From assembly GCF_006345805.1 (NCBI RefSeq), contig NC_043003.1, forward strand, positions 98,456,001-98,520,000: a DNA stretch of 64,000 nucleotides, written 5' to 3'. The position numbers and the translations under genes were made by a program. Shown here piece after piece: positions 37,496 to 51,222 of the stretch. Source of the stretch: Octopus sinensis (lineage: Eukaryota). The notes beneath the pieces were generated by a model. It saw only the letters and a list, made by a program, of their open reading frames with translations. It did not search any database and was not told the DNA's origin. Positions within the stretch are counted from its first letter, which is position 1. Every line of letters starts with the position of its first letter.

Positions 37496-37689
37496 GAGAG
37501 AGAGAGAGTGAGAGTGAGAGAGAGAGAGATAAATAGATAAATAGATATGTACACACACACACACATGTATGTATAAATACGTAGCTATATACATACACGA
37601 AATCTGTCCCATTACTTAACAGACTTCAAAAATATTGCCTAACTTGCAATTTAATCTGACTTTACTTCTTCAAAATTGTTCCCTTCTTT

Positions 37690-38270
37690 TTAAACGGTTT
37701 TCATGCATTGGAATCATACCTATAATACGTGTTCTTTGGCTGTTTGCAGTTCTTAAACTTTAATTAGATGTCTTCTATCGTCTGAATTATGTACCATCTC
37801 GGAGTAGATTGCAACAGGAGGAAAAAGAAGGAAAGGAACTGCACGGTCCGTAGTTATGGACTCATTGCTTGATGGCCGAAATATCCCGGGCTAGAAGTAA
37901 CGCAATGATAAACTGAGTTCTCCTGGTAGGGCATGCATGTTTATATTTTTTTCTTAGTTTTTTCTTCACATCTCTTTGTGTGCACTTGCAAACATAAACC
38001 CTTAGGACATCTCCATAAAACTCTTTACTGATCGTGTGACCATGATGAATGAGTTCATAATAAACGATGTCGTTCCTATCAAATTGACGGTCAATATCAT
38101 TTTCCCATTTCAACGACTCCGAATGCTTTTTTTAGTTGCTGCGACGATTATCCACACCACTGCGATGATTGTAGCTTCGACATGGTAGTCATACATCCAC
38201 GTTTCATTATCAGTTATGATTCGTTTCAGAAAGTTCACATCTGTATTCAAATGCTCAACCTGCTCTTAAC
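37690..38270 (-). mobile_element. mariner transposase remnant (DD34D catalytic region)
   Basis: NFLKRIITDNETWMYDY (D1 motif) and FDRNDIVYYELIHHGHTISKEFYGDVLR; heavily frameshifted. Confidence 0.75.
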
Positions 38271-38276
38271 TGATTG

Positions 38277-38338
<62 letters not shown>

Positions 38339-38406
38339 TTAATTTCGAGCTTTTCTTCACTGGATTTGTTTTGATAACTTACGCGAACAATATTCCGTCG
38401 ACTTAA

Positions 38407-38615
38407 GGCGCGAGCCAGCAGAATCGTTAGCACACCGGGCGAAGTGTTTAGTTACATTTTGTCCGTCTTCACGTTCTGAGTTCAAAATCCGCTGAGGTCG
38501 ACTTTGCCTTTCATTTTTTCGGGTGTTTATAATGTAAGTACCATTTGAGTATTGGGCTTTATGTAATCGAATTACTCCTCCGAAATTGCTGACCTTTTGC
38601 CAAAGTTTGAAATCA
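38407..38615 (+). mobile_element. SINE family A
   Basis: GGCGCGAGCCAGCAGAATCGTTAGC head, GAGTTCAAAATCC and the conserved body. Confidence 0.85.
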
Positions 38616-39198
38616 ATATTCCGTCGGCTCCACTTTGGATAGATCTAATTAAATGACAACGTTTGTTAGGACATATGTACTAACAGTCCTGGACAACGTT
38701 CTGGCAAACGTCGCTGGCCACCGCGAGAGATAGCGATAAGAAGGCTAATTATACGCAAATGCAATTTTGAGGAGTTTTTATGTTTAATTCAACATTTGCA
38801 GCATGATACTTGTACAGTATATTTCCTAAAGTCGGGAAATACAGGTTTCAAATTTTGGCACAAGGGCAACAAAAGTAGGGAAATATTAGCATCTGTCAGC
38901 AGCAAGACGATTGTATGGGGAGTGGGGATGTCTGCTTGATAGCGAAATTTTGGAAAGTTTGGCCTAAAAAAAGGTCATGATTTAGAAAATAAATTTTAAA
39001 CCAAAATCTACGAAGACAGTTCTTATGATTTGTTTAATAGCATATGAAAAAATAACTTTATGTAAGTGTTCCCTGAAAGAAGAAGAGTATCTGAAAGTAT
39101 CTCGAGACAAATGTCTCATAGAAGCGCTTGTGCAGGATTGCTGGTTATAGATGGTAAAGTTATATTCGTTAATATTTTGTTGCACATCATATGCACAC

Positions 39199-39280
<82 letters not shown>

Positions 39281-39359
39281 GTCTATCTATCTATCTATTT
39301 ATCTATCTATCTATTTATCTATCTATCTATCTTTACACGCGTGGTACATATATATAAAT

Positions 39360-39975
39360 TTTATGGTTCAACCCACTCTGTAGCATGAATGTAGCTAGTA
39401 AGAGAGCTAGGAAATTCTTAAAGCTAATAGACAACCACTTTCCACATTCACACAAAGACCACAAGATCTTCAATAGAAATACTGTCAAAGTTAGCAATAG
39501 TTGCCTCCCCAATATAGAGTCAATAATACTCAATCACAATAAACATAAACATACCAGAAGCACCTCGAAAGACAATGCAATTGTAGCTCCCGAATCGCTG
39601 TCCTCTAAACAACAGCTTTCTCAAGAAAGAACTCGCATACAAGACCAAGATCACGGACCCCAACGGAATACCAAAGACGTATATCGGAATCACGGGCAAC
39701 TCTTTCAAGGAAAAGTGCACACAACATTTGGCGTCATTCAGAGACAAAAGCAAAAAACAAGCAACATCCCTGTGAAACACGATACGGACATTGAAAGAAG
39801 TTGGAATAGGCAACTCCCAGATACAATGGAAAATTATTGCTAAAGCGAAAAAGCACGAGTACGGGGTACCAAAAGTGAACTGTGTATTACTGACAAATTA
39901 AACATTATACAATCAACAGATAACATCCTGAACATTAGGGATGAAATCTTCTCTCTCTGCATACAAAGGCAATAT
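39360..39975 (+). mobile_element. Penelope-like RT-thumb/GIY-YIG remnant
   Basis: [27 protein letters not shown]...[16 protein letters not shown]; after a frameshift [26 protein letters not shown]...HLASF...QWKII. Confidence 0.88.
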
Positions 39976-41234
39976 TTTACACTCAAATATTTCAAAGAAG
40001 AGCCCCAATCCGTGACGGTAACCCCCACCAAAATAATACCTTTCCTAAACGTGATCACACATAGCTCACAATCTTCGCATAAGGAAGAAAGATGCCCCCA
40101 GTGACGAACTACCTAAGCACACAAGTAACACCATGCCCAGAATAAAAGCAAAACAATGCAAACAAATTGACCACACACAAAAATTTTCCCAAAAGGCAAG
40201 TCCAAGGGAGACAAAGATCCAAAAGATATCACTAAAGGTAACGTCCCTTGATTCATTGATTAATTGTTTTATTCATGCGAATTTACGAGAACCTCCGTGA
40301 ACAAAACAAGACTATTTTCCAAAACAGAGTCGAACATCTTTCTCCATGTGATCGGCTTCAAAAATTAAGACACTCGGATATTTTCCTACCTTTCTTAACA
40401 CATACACAGACCCCTATGTATATATATGAATATTAACTGTCATTTTTCCAATATTAACTCATATAATAAATATGCAACAGCCAGGGAAATCGAAATTATC
40501 TGTTCAATACTAGTTGGCAGCGTTATCGATTAACTAAAGAGGTTTTGAAGAATTTATAAATGTTTTAATGGATAAAATGATATTCATCTCTTCTTGTATC
40601 ATGAGAAATTCATAAGAATATTTGTAGCCACTCAACCAATACCCAGCCTACCACCACCCTGGAATTCTTTTATATTTGTCACCGAAGAAATCTCGAGAAA
40701 ATCTCAAAATATATAAATGAATTTTTAAAAAAAATATAATATAAACTTTTATACTAAATTTATAAATCTGATGTTGGCATTTGGCTCGATCTGTGACCAT
40801 GGATTGTCAAATATGAAATAGTTATATTGGTAGGTGATCCAAATTAGATAATTTGGCATGTGCTACATCTTTTAGTACCGTCTTCTATGAAGTGTGACAC
40901 GGAATTGTCTCAGTGACTAGCTAACTCCCCACTGTTTCCCTTGACCCAGTTTCACTCACAATCCGCTGGCAGACCTAAGCTATGATAGAAGACATCGGTC
41001 TAAGATTCTAGTATGCAGTTGGATCCAGCATGGATCCTAAAAACGGAAAAGTAGCGACAACAATATACACAAAAACGAGAAAGCTTAACGATTGATTGAC
41101 ATGTTAGAAACATCAGCTAAGTCTTTCTAAAATCACAGCTTACCGTTACACCTCTACGCAGTCACTTTGAGGTGCTAGAAATACTTGTTCAAAATGATAA
41201 AAATGGAAGGACATATTGAGCCGTATTGTATAGA

Positions 41235-41275
<41 letters not shown>

Positions 41276-42610
41276 ACACTACTACAGTAATCATATGTCC
41301 TCTTAGTCTGAAAGTAAAGATGGGATAGTAACGAATAGGACGATTTTCATTATTGCTCTAGTAGATGAACGCTGACCTTGGGCTAAACGACAACAGATAA
41401 GCCCTTCACCTCCTCATCCTCCTCCTCCTCCTATAATTACTACTACTGCTACAGCTGCCACTACTATAACAACAATTAGATAATGTAGTTTTAGCTATAT
41501 CTGAAAGAAACGAAACAAATAGAATGGTCACCCCTAGCGTACGATTGATCGATCTTTTCGAAAAACCAGAACTGGCCTAGGGCTAAATAAAAACAACAAC
41601 AACAACAACAACTACTACTACTACTACTACTACTACTATAACAACTGCAATAACATACATTATCAAGAATTACATGAACCTAATAGAAAATTTGATACAG
41701 TCGTCACTGGAGGTTTTGAAGGAACACCCAATTTTATAATGCATCAAGCGTGAACATTTTTCCTCCCTATCGTATATATCTCTCTATATTTATTTACTTT
41801 TCAGCTCAGACATGATTTTGCTGATAGAAAACTGGGATAAAAAGTTATACAAACGACAACGTCAAAGGATCGAGTAACACCGTTTGCATTTTATTATTAT
41901 TATTATTATTTTTTTGTTACAATCCTTTACTCTTTTCTATATTTGATATTTTTGATTCACCAACTAGAACTGAACATATTATGAAATACTCGCATTGTGC
42001 GTACAACACACACAATATATTCCAACGTATATATACACACGCACACACAAAGTCATGCTTACTCGTGTTTTCATATCCTCATCAAAAGCAACAACCGCAG
42101 AGCATTAAAAAACAACACATATACATAACAAAAACATGTACGCACACATAAGCATACGAAACCCATAAGCATACATAATTCTTGCTCGTAAATATCATTT
42201 AATACATGTGCAGTTATCAGTAGATGATATTCATCATTCCGATATAGTCCAGGCATATAAAACCTATAAAGTTCTTATTACATGTATCAACCAATCCATC
42301 TATCTGTTCACACACATACACAAACGCATACACACACACAAACACCCACACATACATACATACACATACACTCACACACATAATGTGTTTGTGTGTGTGT
42401 GTGTGTGAAATATTTAGGCGTCCTCATGGCTGTATGATTTCAAGAAGTTTCCTTCGCAAATATTTTCTTCTGGGTTCGATCATAGTATTGCAAATTGAAG
42501 AAAAGTCTTACTAACGGCTCGAGATTCTCAAGGTTTTTTTTTTCTTTAATTGAATATGAGAGGCAAAATTTTGAAAGAGCCCATCGTGTGTGTATATATA
42601 TATATATATA

Positions 42611-42686
<76 letters not shown>

Positions 42687-42720
42687 ATAAATAAATCTTA
42701 TTATTTCTAATTCTTTTTAA

Positions 42721-43000
42721 AGGAGACCATGGCAGCGGTACTGGATATGAATAGTTATCGCCAAGCTAACATGGCAGTCCAGAAAAATAGGACGAATGCT
42801 GCTGTTGATTAGCCCCAAGAGGCCATCGCCTCTAGCTAGCTATGTGACACACATACCTGTGTGTCACATAGCGATAACTATTAATATATATTAATTGTTA
42901 TCGCCATATTAATATGGCATTCTTATAGATATATCTATAAGAATGCCATATTAATATGGCGATAACAATTAATTTCCAGTAAACGCTGCCGTAATCTCTT
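42721..43000. mobile_element. TTAA-flanked MITE (Kolobok-like termini) with palindromic interior
   Basis: TTAA|AGGAGACCATGGCAGCGGTACTGG...GTTATCGCC and its imperfect inverse GGCGATAAC...CCAGTAAACGCTGCCGTAATCTCTT|TTAT. The superfamily call is tentative. Confidence 0.6.
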
Positions 43001-43034
43001 TTATAGAGACTTAGTAATTTTAATATTTCTATTA

Positions 43035-43091
<57 letters not shown>

Positions 43092-43671
43092 CCAATTTGG
43101 TTGTGTATTTTTTAGGTTGAATTTTATGAATCTTTTTGTTTCTGAGTAGTTTACCTGTGCTTCACTAACACATAGTAAAGGAAAATAATATTGTACAATA
43201 AAGTATGTACAATATGTAAATGAAGTATGCAATAAACATACCTCTGCTCAGTATGTATTGATTTTAATTTATGTAGATAATTTATTCGGATTTATATGTT
43301 TTAAACACTGGAGATCACGACTGTGTATAAGTATTAAAAAAAACGAAATACATAATTAAATTCTTTCCATTTATTTCTCCTTTACCTGAAGTTTTAATTC
43401 TAAACACTCTGTACCCTACCACTAAGCCCTCAACTATAGCCTTCAAACCTGAACCCTGATTGAAAGTCAATTTTTCCTTGCAGATTGTAATCTTGCTGTG
43501 TCGTTAAAAATAACACTTAGTCAATCTGTGCTTTCGAGTTTATTCTAATCAACAGCAAAGTTAAATATACCTACTCAACTAATGTTAAACCACAATTATT
43601 GAAACACAAGACGTTACGGCTCTTCTTTTAGACCAGGGCCACATTAAAGTCTAGTTACTTTATCTGAAGTA

Positions 43672-44572
43672 CGAGGTGGTATCAAAAAGTTCCTAGGCTA
43701 GTTCTGTAGCGCGTCAACAGATGGCAGCACACGGCTGCATGCGCTGTGAGAGCTAGCAGTGACTTTCATGAGGTAGTGTTGCTGTGTTTACTTCGCAAGT
43801 TGTGAAATTTGTGTTTTTGTGATCACGAGTATTCTGTAGTTTGCGATTTTTGTCATGGACAAGAAGTTGGAAGAAAGAGCTAACGTGAAATTTTGGGTGA
43901 AATTTGGGAAGTCTGCTACAGAGACATTGAATATGCTTCGGCAAGATTATGGTGACGAGAAAATGGATCGCACGCAATGTTTCTAGTGGCACGGGCGCAC
44001 GACAGAGCTGCAGCTCACTCAAGAGCATACTCATGATTGTTTTTCGACATCCGTGGTATAGTGCATCGAGAATTCGTTCTCGAGGGCAAGACTGTCAATC
44101 GTGAGTTCTACTGAGACGTTTTGAAGCGTTTGATGGAGGATATTCGCCGAAAGCGACTGGATCTGTGGAACGTGAAGATTTGGATTCTTCACTATGATAA
44201 GACACCCTGTCACCGAGCTCTACTCGCTCTTAATTACTTATGGTATCGCTTCTGCACCCGCCTTATTCGCTAGATTTAGTACCTGCTGACTTCCCTCTCT
44301 TCACCAAGATCAAAATGCAGCTCAGACGTCGCCGTTTTAACATCGTTGTTGGGATACTCTTACTCTTTTACTTGTTTCAGTCATTTGATTGCGGCCATGC
44401 TGGAGCACCGCCTTTGGTCGAGCAACTCGACCCCGGGACTTATTCTTTTTGTAAGCCCAGTACTTATTCTATCGGTCTCTTTTTGCCGAACCGCTAAGTA
44501 ATGGGGACGTAAACACACCAGCATCGGTTGTCAAGCAATGCTAGAGGGACAAACACAGACACACAAACATAT

Positions 44573-44619
<47 letters not shown>

Positions 44620-44899
44620 TACGACAGGCTTCTTTTCAGTTTCCGTCTACCAAATCCACTCACAAGGCATTGGTCGGCCCGGGGCTATAGCAGAAGACAC
44701 TTGCCCAAGATGCCACGCAGTGGGACTGAACCCGGAACCATATGGTTGGTTAGCAAGCTACTTACCACACAGCCACAGCGAATCACAGAAAGTTCTCGAC
44801 TCGCTTACGGAAAACGAGTTTCAGGCCGGATTCCACAAGTGGCAGGAACACTAAGACCGGTGTACTGCTGCTCAAGGTGTCTATTTCGAAACCAACTCG
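43672..44899 (+). mobile_element. Internally deleted mariner with both TIRs and TA TSD, interrupted by a SINE
   Basis: TA|CGAGGTGGTATCAAAAAG ... TTTCGAAACCAACTCG|TA; MDKKLEERANVKFWVKFGKSATETLNMLRQDYG; HPPYSLDLVPADF.LF.KIK. Confidence 0.9.
44356..44776 (-). mobile_element. SINE family B nested in the mariner
   Basis: Full consensus match. Confidence 0.9.
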
Positions 44900-45483
44900 T
44901 ACTGCTTTTCTCGTAAAAAATTTATTTTCTTACAAAATGGTACATGAATGGAACGAAAGTAAAACAGCTAAAGTGGAAGTACGGGCTATCTACACATAAG
45001 GTATCCAATGTGATGGGTTCATTATTGTTGTTGGATTCACCAAAAATGTTAACTGAATTCCTAAATAACATGAGTAAACCAAGGATATTATCTATTCAGG
45101 TATAACGAATATTAATTCACGAGAGTAAGAATGCGCTTTACTTTCTACCGATCGTTGTAAGAATCTAAAATTTAGTGAGGATTCGCATCTTGCCGATAGA
45201 AACCTATGTGGGCTGTGTGTATGTACCGAAAGAGATTGTCTGAAGAAATTGGCATTGGAAAAACGTTTTCCTAAGAAAATCTATCCTCTGTGCAATTCAT
45301 TTATTCCTTGTATTTATTGTTGGGTGTATAAAACCGATATCAAAATGATTGTCCATAAAATGAATTTCTTTTTATTCCTACCAAAAGCACTTTCACTTCT
45401 TTGTCAGATAAAAAAAAGAAAACAGGCCATTTCTTCTGCACCTTATCTTTGAGACACACACACATACACACATTAATCTATCT

Positions 45484-45769
45484 AGGCTTTTCCTTCCACG
45501 GGTAAACCTCACCTGTCCTCCCCTTTACACTTCATATTGACATTTCTGTGATTACGATCCCTATTGATCAACTTTTTTTCCTCTCCCCTTTTCTTTTTTT
45601 TCCCTCTCCCCCCTTTTTTTTTAAATCCTCCCCTTTTTTTGTCCTCTTTCTTTCCTTTTACGATCCCTTTTGATCGAAAACCAACCCCCTTTTTTTACCC
45701 CCAAAAGAAAAGCTCTACCTTGTAATTTGTTCTGTCTGTGTGCAGCCCTGTGTGGCTAATAAAGAAACA

Positions 45770-45866
<97 letters not shown>
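45484..45866 (+). mobile_element. 3' end of the (TATC)n-tailed retroelement
   Basis: Homologous to 24561-24836. Confidence 0.75.
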
Positions 45867-45867
<1 letters not shown>

Positions 45868-45898
45868 GTTATCTGTCTGTCTGTTTGTTGTCTGTCTG

Positions 45899-45935
<37 letters not shown>

Positions 45936-46794
45936 CTCTCTCTCCCACTCAGAGTACAAGTAACTCAAATGAAGATGCTAAAAATTTTAAAAACAGTATA
46001 GCAGAACACAGTTGTATTTTCAATAGAAGATATGTGTCTACATGTGTGAACTTTTATGTATGAGTGTATGTATGTGTATATGCACGTATCTGTATGTGTG
46101 TGTATGTATGTGTGTCTATCTGCGTATGTAGCAATATTTCTAACTGTTCAGAGTTCAAGGAAAAAATGTGAAACAGGCCTATCAGTTCACACAAAAATGT
46201 GAAGCAAACATATCGTGTGATATGTTTTGTATATCAGATGACTGGTTTCCCCTAATGAGAGCAGAACAATAGCGAGTAGATATCTATAGAGTATTCTTAA
46301 TTTAGGCGTGATTATCATTTCATTTGGAAAGTCGATAGCTTCTTGGATGGAGACAAGACCACAAAAGGCATTTTATAAGAAAAACAGAAACTCCAGAATT
46401 GTTTTACATCCTTAGATGAATGCATGTCACACGATTAAAGCACTCTAACGGAAGAGAGACACATGTGCACAAACTAACACACTTTCGTAACTAGTACAGA
46501 ACATATTAAAACTTTTTATCTAAGACACTCCTTCTCTAGCTTCATGTAACGTTTGCTTTTACAAGAATTATCTGACCTAATGAACTATAGCTTATTTTAA
46601 CATTACACGCCGCATTATACGAACAATCCTGCATTGGTATTTTCCCCATTTATTCAAGAAACAGTTTGTTAACTTTAAGTTTGTTATATAAGCATCTGCT
46701 TCTGTCTTGTTACATATTGCTACAACTTTCATTTCATTGACTGTGAGCAAGGCGGTATACATTTTTTAAACACCCTGTTAATTTCCTCTTATTT

Positions 46795-47200
46795 CTTCAT
46801 TGCCCGCAAGGGGCTAAACAAGGGGACAAACGAGTACAAAAGGGATTAAGTCGATTACATCGACACCAGTGCTCAACTGGTACTTTATTTATCGACCCTG
46901 AAAGGATGACAGGTAAAGTCGACCTCGGCGGAATTTGAACTCAGAACGTAGCGGCAGACAAAATATCTATTTCTATTTCTTTACTACCCACAAGGGGCTA
47001 AACACAGAGAGGTCAAATAAGGACAGACACACGGATTAAGTCGATTATTTCGACCCCAGTGCGTAACTGGTACTTATTTAATCGACCCCGAAAGGATGAA
47101 AGGCAAAGTCGACCTCGGCGGAATATGAACTCAGAACGTAACAGCAGACGAAATACCGCTAAGCATTTCGCCCGGTGTGCTAACGATTCTGCCTGCTCAC
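46795..47200 (-). mobile_element. Two tandem copies of SINE family A (variant with GGGGCTAAACA tail)
   Basis: Two consecutive units, each starting GCCC.CAAGGGGCTAAACA on the plus strand. Confidence 0.88.
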
Positions 47201-47299
47201 AGCCCTCTGTATATTCTTCTTACCACATATATTTCTTATTAATCAAGTAGTTGAAGCTTAGAATTGTTTTGCTTTGTGCGGATAATTGATTTGGAACTT

Positions 47300-47399
47300 N
47301 NNNNNNNNNNNNNNNNNNNNNNNNNNNNNNNNNNNNNNNNNNNNNNNNNNNNNNNNNNNNNNNNNNNNNNNNNNNNNNNNNNNNNNNNNNNNNNNNNNN
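47300..47399. other. Assembly gap (100 N)
   Basis: Run of exactly 100 N; the true distance and contiguity are unknown. Confidence 1.
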
Positions 47400-47774
47400 A
47401 GATTGGGACGTAAATACACGTAGATTAAAAACGTACGAGTATAGTAAATCAAACATGCAAACAGGAAAGTGTGGGGCAGAGAGTGTGTGGGAGAAAAAAA
47501 GAGAGAGAGAGAGAGGGGGGATAGTCAGAGGGAGGGAGGGGATAGTCAGAGGCAGGGAGGAGAGAGAAAGAGGGAGAGAGAGACAGTGAGGAGAGAGAGG
47601 GAGAGACAGAAAGACAGAGAGGGAGAGAAAGAGGTGGGTAGATGGAGATAAGCCGAGAGAAAGAGAAATAAAGAAGGAAAGAAAGAAAGAAAGAAAGAAG
47701 GAAAGAAGGAAAGAAGGAAAGAAAGAAGGAAAGAAAGAAGGAAAGAAAGAAAGAAGGAAGGAAGGAAAGAAGGA

Positions 47775-47806
<32 letters not shown>

Positions 47807-48397
47807 CAGAAAAGCATGCTTATACAAACATACATGGACAATCAAACATGTCCGCAAAAACACTCACTGTTATGATTAGGAATAAGATTTCAGACAAACG
47901 CACGCAGAAATATGCTCAAAATGGCACACTTACAATGTTAGAAATACATTCACACATATACACACGTACACTCATATAAGCACGTGGACATACACACACA
48001 TACACACAACCATACACATACACGCACCCGCGCTGATACACGCTCAGCTGCTCGCAAACTTAGTGACATGTGTCTGTACGTTGATAATTCAACATACTAT
48101 TGTTTAACACCAGGCCCGCTGAGTTTGAGCATATCTAGAACTACACTCAGCCTAGCTGTGACCAGATCACTGGAATTACCTCATTGTTCATATATTTTCC
48201 CGAAGGTGTTTCTCGCAGGTGAAATATTCACTACTACAAGAACGTAATTCTCGTCAATCTGACTGATTCTAGTTCTGCGTGGTCCAGGGGACATGTAACT
48301 TAATATGTTATAGTCTTCTCTGCAATACTGGCGGGGCCCCAGCATGAACGCAGCTTTTGGGTTGAACTGTATTACAGAATAAAAGAAGGAAAGGTTA

Positions 48398-48665
48398 TAG
48401 GATCGCGGTTTCGATTCCCAAAGCGGGCGTTGTGAGTGTTTATTGAGCGAAAACACCTAAAGCTCCACGAGGCTCCGGCAGGGGATGGTGGCGATCCCTG
48501 CTGTACTCTTTCGCCACAACTTTCTCTCACTCTTTCTTCTGTTGGCCTGCTTGCTTAGCCAGCGGGCTGGCGTCATTTGAAGGCTAAAACAATGCGAAGC
48601 GCATTGTGACCAGCGATGTGTAGCAACATCTGATAGCCTGGTCGGTCACGGTGATCACGGTGATA
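48398..48665 (+). mobile_element. SINE family C, 5'-truncated, third tail type
   Basis: Starts at TAGGATCGCGGTTTCGATTCCC and ends (CACGGTGAT)2. Confidence 0.85.
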
Positions 48666-48681
48666 TGCATATATATCTATG

Positions 48682-48740
<59 letters not shown>

Positions 48741-49313
48741 CACATATACATAGATATCTTTATATATATTTACATATAATATTTATACATACTCGTACAT
48801 ACTCAGTTAAAGTTGCCCTCATACCACCGCCGTTCGTACACCCTTGACCAAATCACCTCTCCACCTCTCGATACTCATGCGGCGTTCACGATCACCGGTC
48901 CCATGCTAATAAATATCTCCAGTCCTTCCATCCATACCCCAATTTTTTTTGTCCCTCCGGAATCTTCTCTGTGCTCATAATTTTCCTCGATGTGTTAAAT
49001 TACCAAAGTTTAAACGAAACATTAACGGCATCAGTTTCACCTGTCTCGGAGGATTATAAAGACCGGGGGCGTTCCCTCTTCGTCTAGGCTCAGCAAATAG
49101 CGCGCGCGCACACACATACGCACATATATATTCCAGTGGGTGACAAGTTCAAAAGGGCTAAGTACTGCCACTTAGAATAAAGAACTTAAAGTCTGAGAGT
49201 AAATAAATATCTATCCATAATCGTTAGCGGGTCAAATATATTTAGTCGGATCAACGGTTATAGATTAAGTGTATACATGCATGTATATATATGTATATAT
49301 GCATGTGTATATA

Positions 49314-49346
<33 letters not shown>

Positions 49347-49384
49347 ATATATAATATATATATATATCAGGACGACATGATAGA

Positions 49385-49573
49385 TCGTTAGCTCCTACAT
49401 GCATTTTCTTTCTCTCCTTGTTTCTCTCCTTGTTTTTTTTTTTGTGTATCTTTTGTCGAAGAGCGTAGCCTCGAAACGTAAAAGTCTTTTCTATTCTGAG
49501 CGCTATACTAATACATTGTTGGTTTGTACTCCACCTGCTTCGTCTTTTGTTTATTTTCGTAAACTTTTCCATT

Positions 49574-49575
<2 letters not shown>
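49385..49575 (+). repeat. Penelope pseudo-LTR-like fragment with variant hammerhead-like motif
   Basis: CTTTT-GTCGAA-GAGCGTAGCCTC-GAAACGT-AAAAG. Confidence 0.5.
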
Positions 49576-49609
<34 letters not shown>

Positions 49610-49849
49610 GAAATGGTGCTGAAAATTTCCAGCTTGGATAAAAGTAAATACAACAGGATCAGTTAATTGTAATTTTATTCAACATATTCCCCTCTTAGGT
49701 TCACACACTTATTACAGAGGTCCCTTAGTTTTCCTAAGCACTGTAAAAGAACTCGGAAAGTTGGGCCTCCAGCCAGGCCATTCACGATGCCCTTAAAACC
49801 AGGAATTTTTCAGTACCCACCTCCTGTATGTGTGTGTGTTCATATATAT

Positions 49850-50245
49850 CTTTTATGTTTTACTTGTTTTAGTCATTGGATTGCGGCCATGCTTGGGCAC
49901 CACTTTGAAGAATCTTTTGTGGAATGAATCGACTCCATTACTTATAACTTTTTAAGACTGGTACTTATTGTGTCGGTTTTTATTGAAACCCTATGTCACG
50001 GAGACGTAAACACACCAACACCGGCTGTCATGCAGTGGTGGTAACCACAGGCACAGACAGAGATACGCAAATACACAAACACACAAACACACGTTTGCTT
50101 CGGGCTTCTTTCATTTTCCGTCAAGCGAATCCATTCATAATGTCCGAGGATGTAGTAGAAGATACTTCCCGAAGGTGCCCTGCAGCGGAACTGAACCCGT
50201 TACCATGAAATTGGGAAGCAAGCTTCTTACCACAGCTGCATGCAC
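49850..50245 (-). mobile_element. SINE family B, old diverged copy
   Basis: GCGGCCATGCTTGGGCACC...GTAAACACACCAACACCGG...GAACTGAACCC. Confidence 0.75.
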
Positions 50246-50608
50246 ATACACACACACACTTACGCTCGCACATACTCAAACATGCACACGCACGCTGTAA
50301 CACACACACACACACACACACACAAGCACTAACGTATATGCACACATACATATGTTCATACAAAGTGTGGAATCGTGTTATGCTAAAGAGACTTCTCAAC
50401 ACTCCTGGACTTTGAGCAGGTGTGATACATTTGTTTCCTGTGGGTGTGATAACTAATTGCACTCTACGCATACACGCCCAAACGCACATAACGAAATAGG
50501 CAAACACAGTATATCTTTCTCCCCCGTCTCTCTCTATCTATTTATTTGTATACATATGTGTGCGTGTGTGTGTGTGTATATAAATATATACCGTGTTTGA
50601 CCATGTAT

Positions 50609-50657
<49 letters not shown>

Positions 50658-50711
50658 TAAATAAATGGTACAACCGTATTGCATTACTACTTTCATATAT
50701 ATATATATATA

Positions 50712-51222
50712 CCGTAAATCCTCGAGTATAATCCACATTTTTACCCAAAATTTAAAAGTTAAAATCCCTAGTGCATACTATATACGAGGTTAAAAAGGAA
50801 AATTATTTTCTAAGCAATGTCCGAGTCTCTATTTGCCGTCCGGCAATGTTTATTCAGACGCATTTTGTGATGTCGGGCGCGGAAATACCTTAAGCTAAGC
50901 CTAAAAGCAATGAAGTCATAAAAGAATCATCCATAACTAGCAGTAAGCAACATTTATTAAACGTCATTACTGTTATTTCTTTATTTTCTGCAAACAAAAT
51001 GCACAAAAAAGTTACACGTTTGCATTATGTTATATATACAATAATAATAAAGGACGTTACCGTATACATTTTTACGAACCAAGGAGGTTATAAAGACCTC
51101 CTTGACTCAAGTTAGAGAAGGGGTGCGTATTATACACAAGTGTTAGGTTTTTCAGAAGTATAGCCCCCTAAAAATCCCCTGCGTATTATACTCAAGGGCG
51201 GACTATACTCGAGGATTTACGG
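50712..51222. mobile_element. pogo/Tigger-type MITE with ~25-bp TIRs and TA TSD
   Basis: TA|CCGTAAATCCTCGAGTATAATCC ... GGACTATACTCGAGGATTTACGG|TA. Confidence 0.88.

Noticed and set aside
41804-41872. Strong acceptor followed by SDMILLIENWDKKLYKRQRQRIE
   Set aside because: The donor is weak (CGA|GTAACA) and strong acceptors arise often in T-rich DNA.
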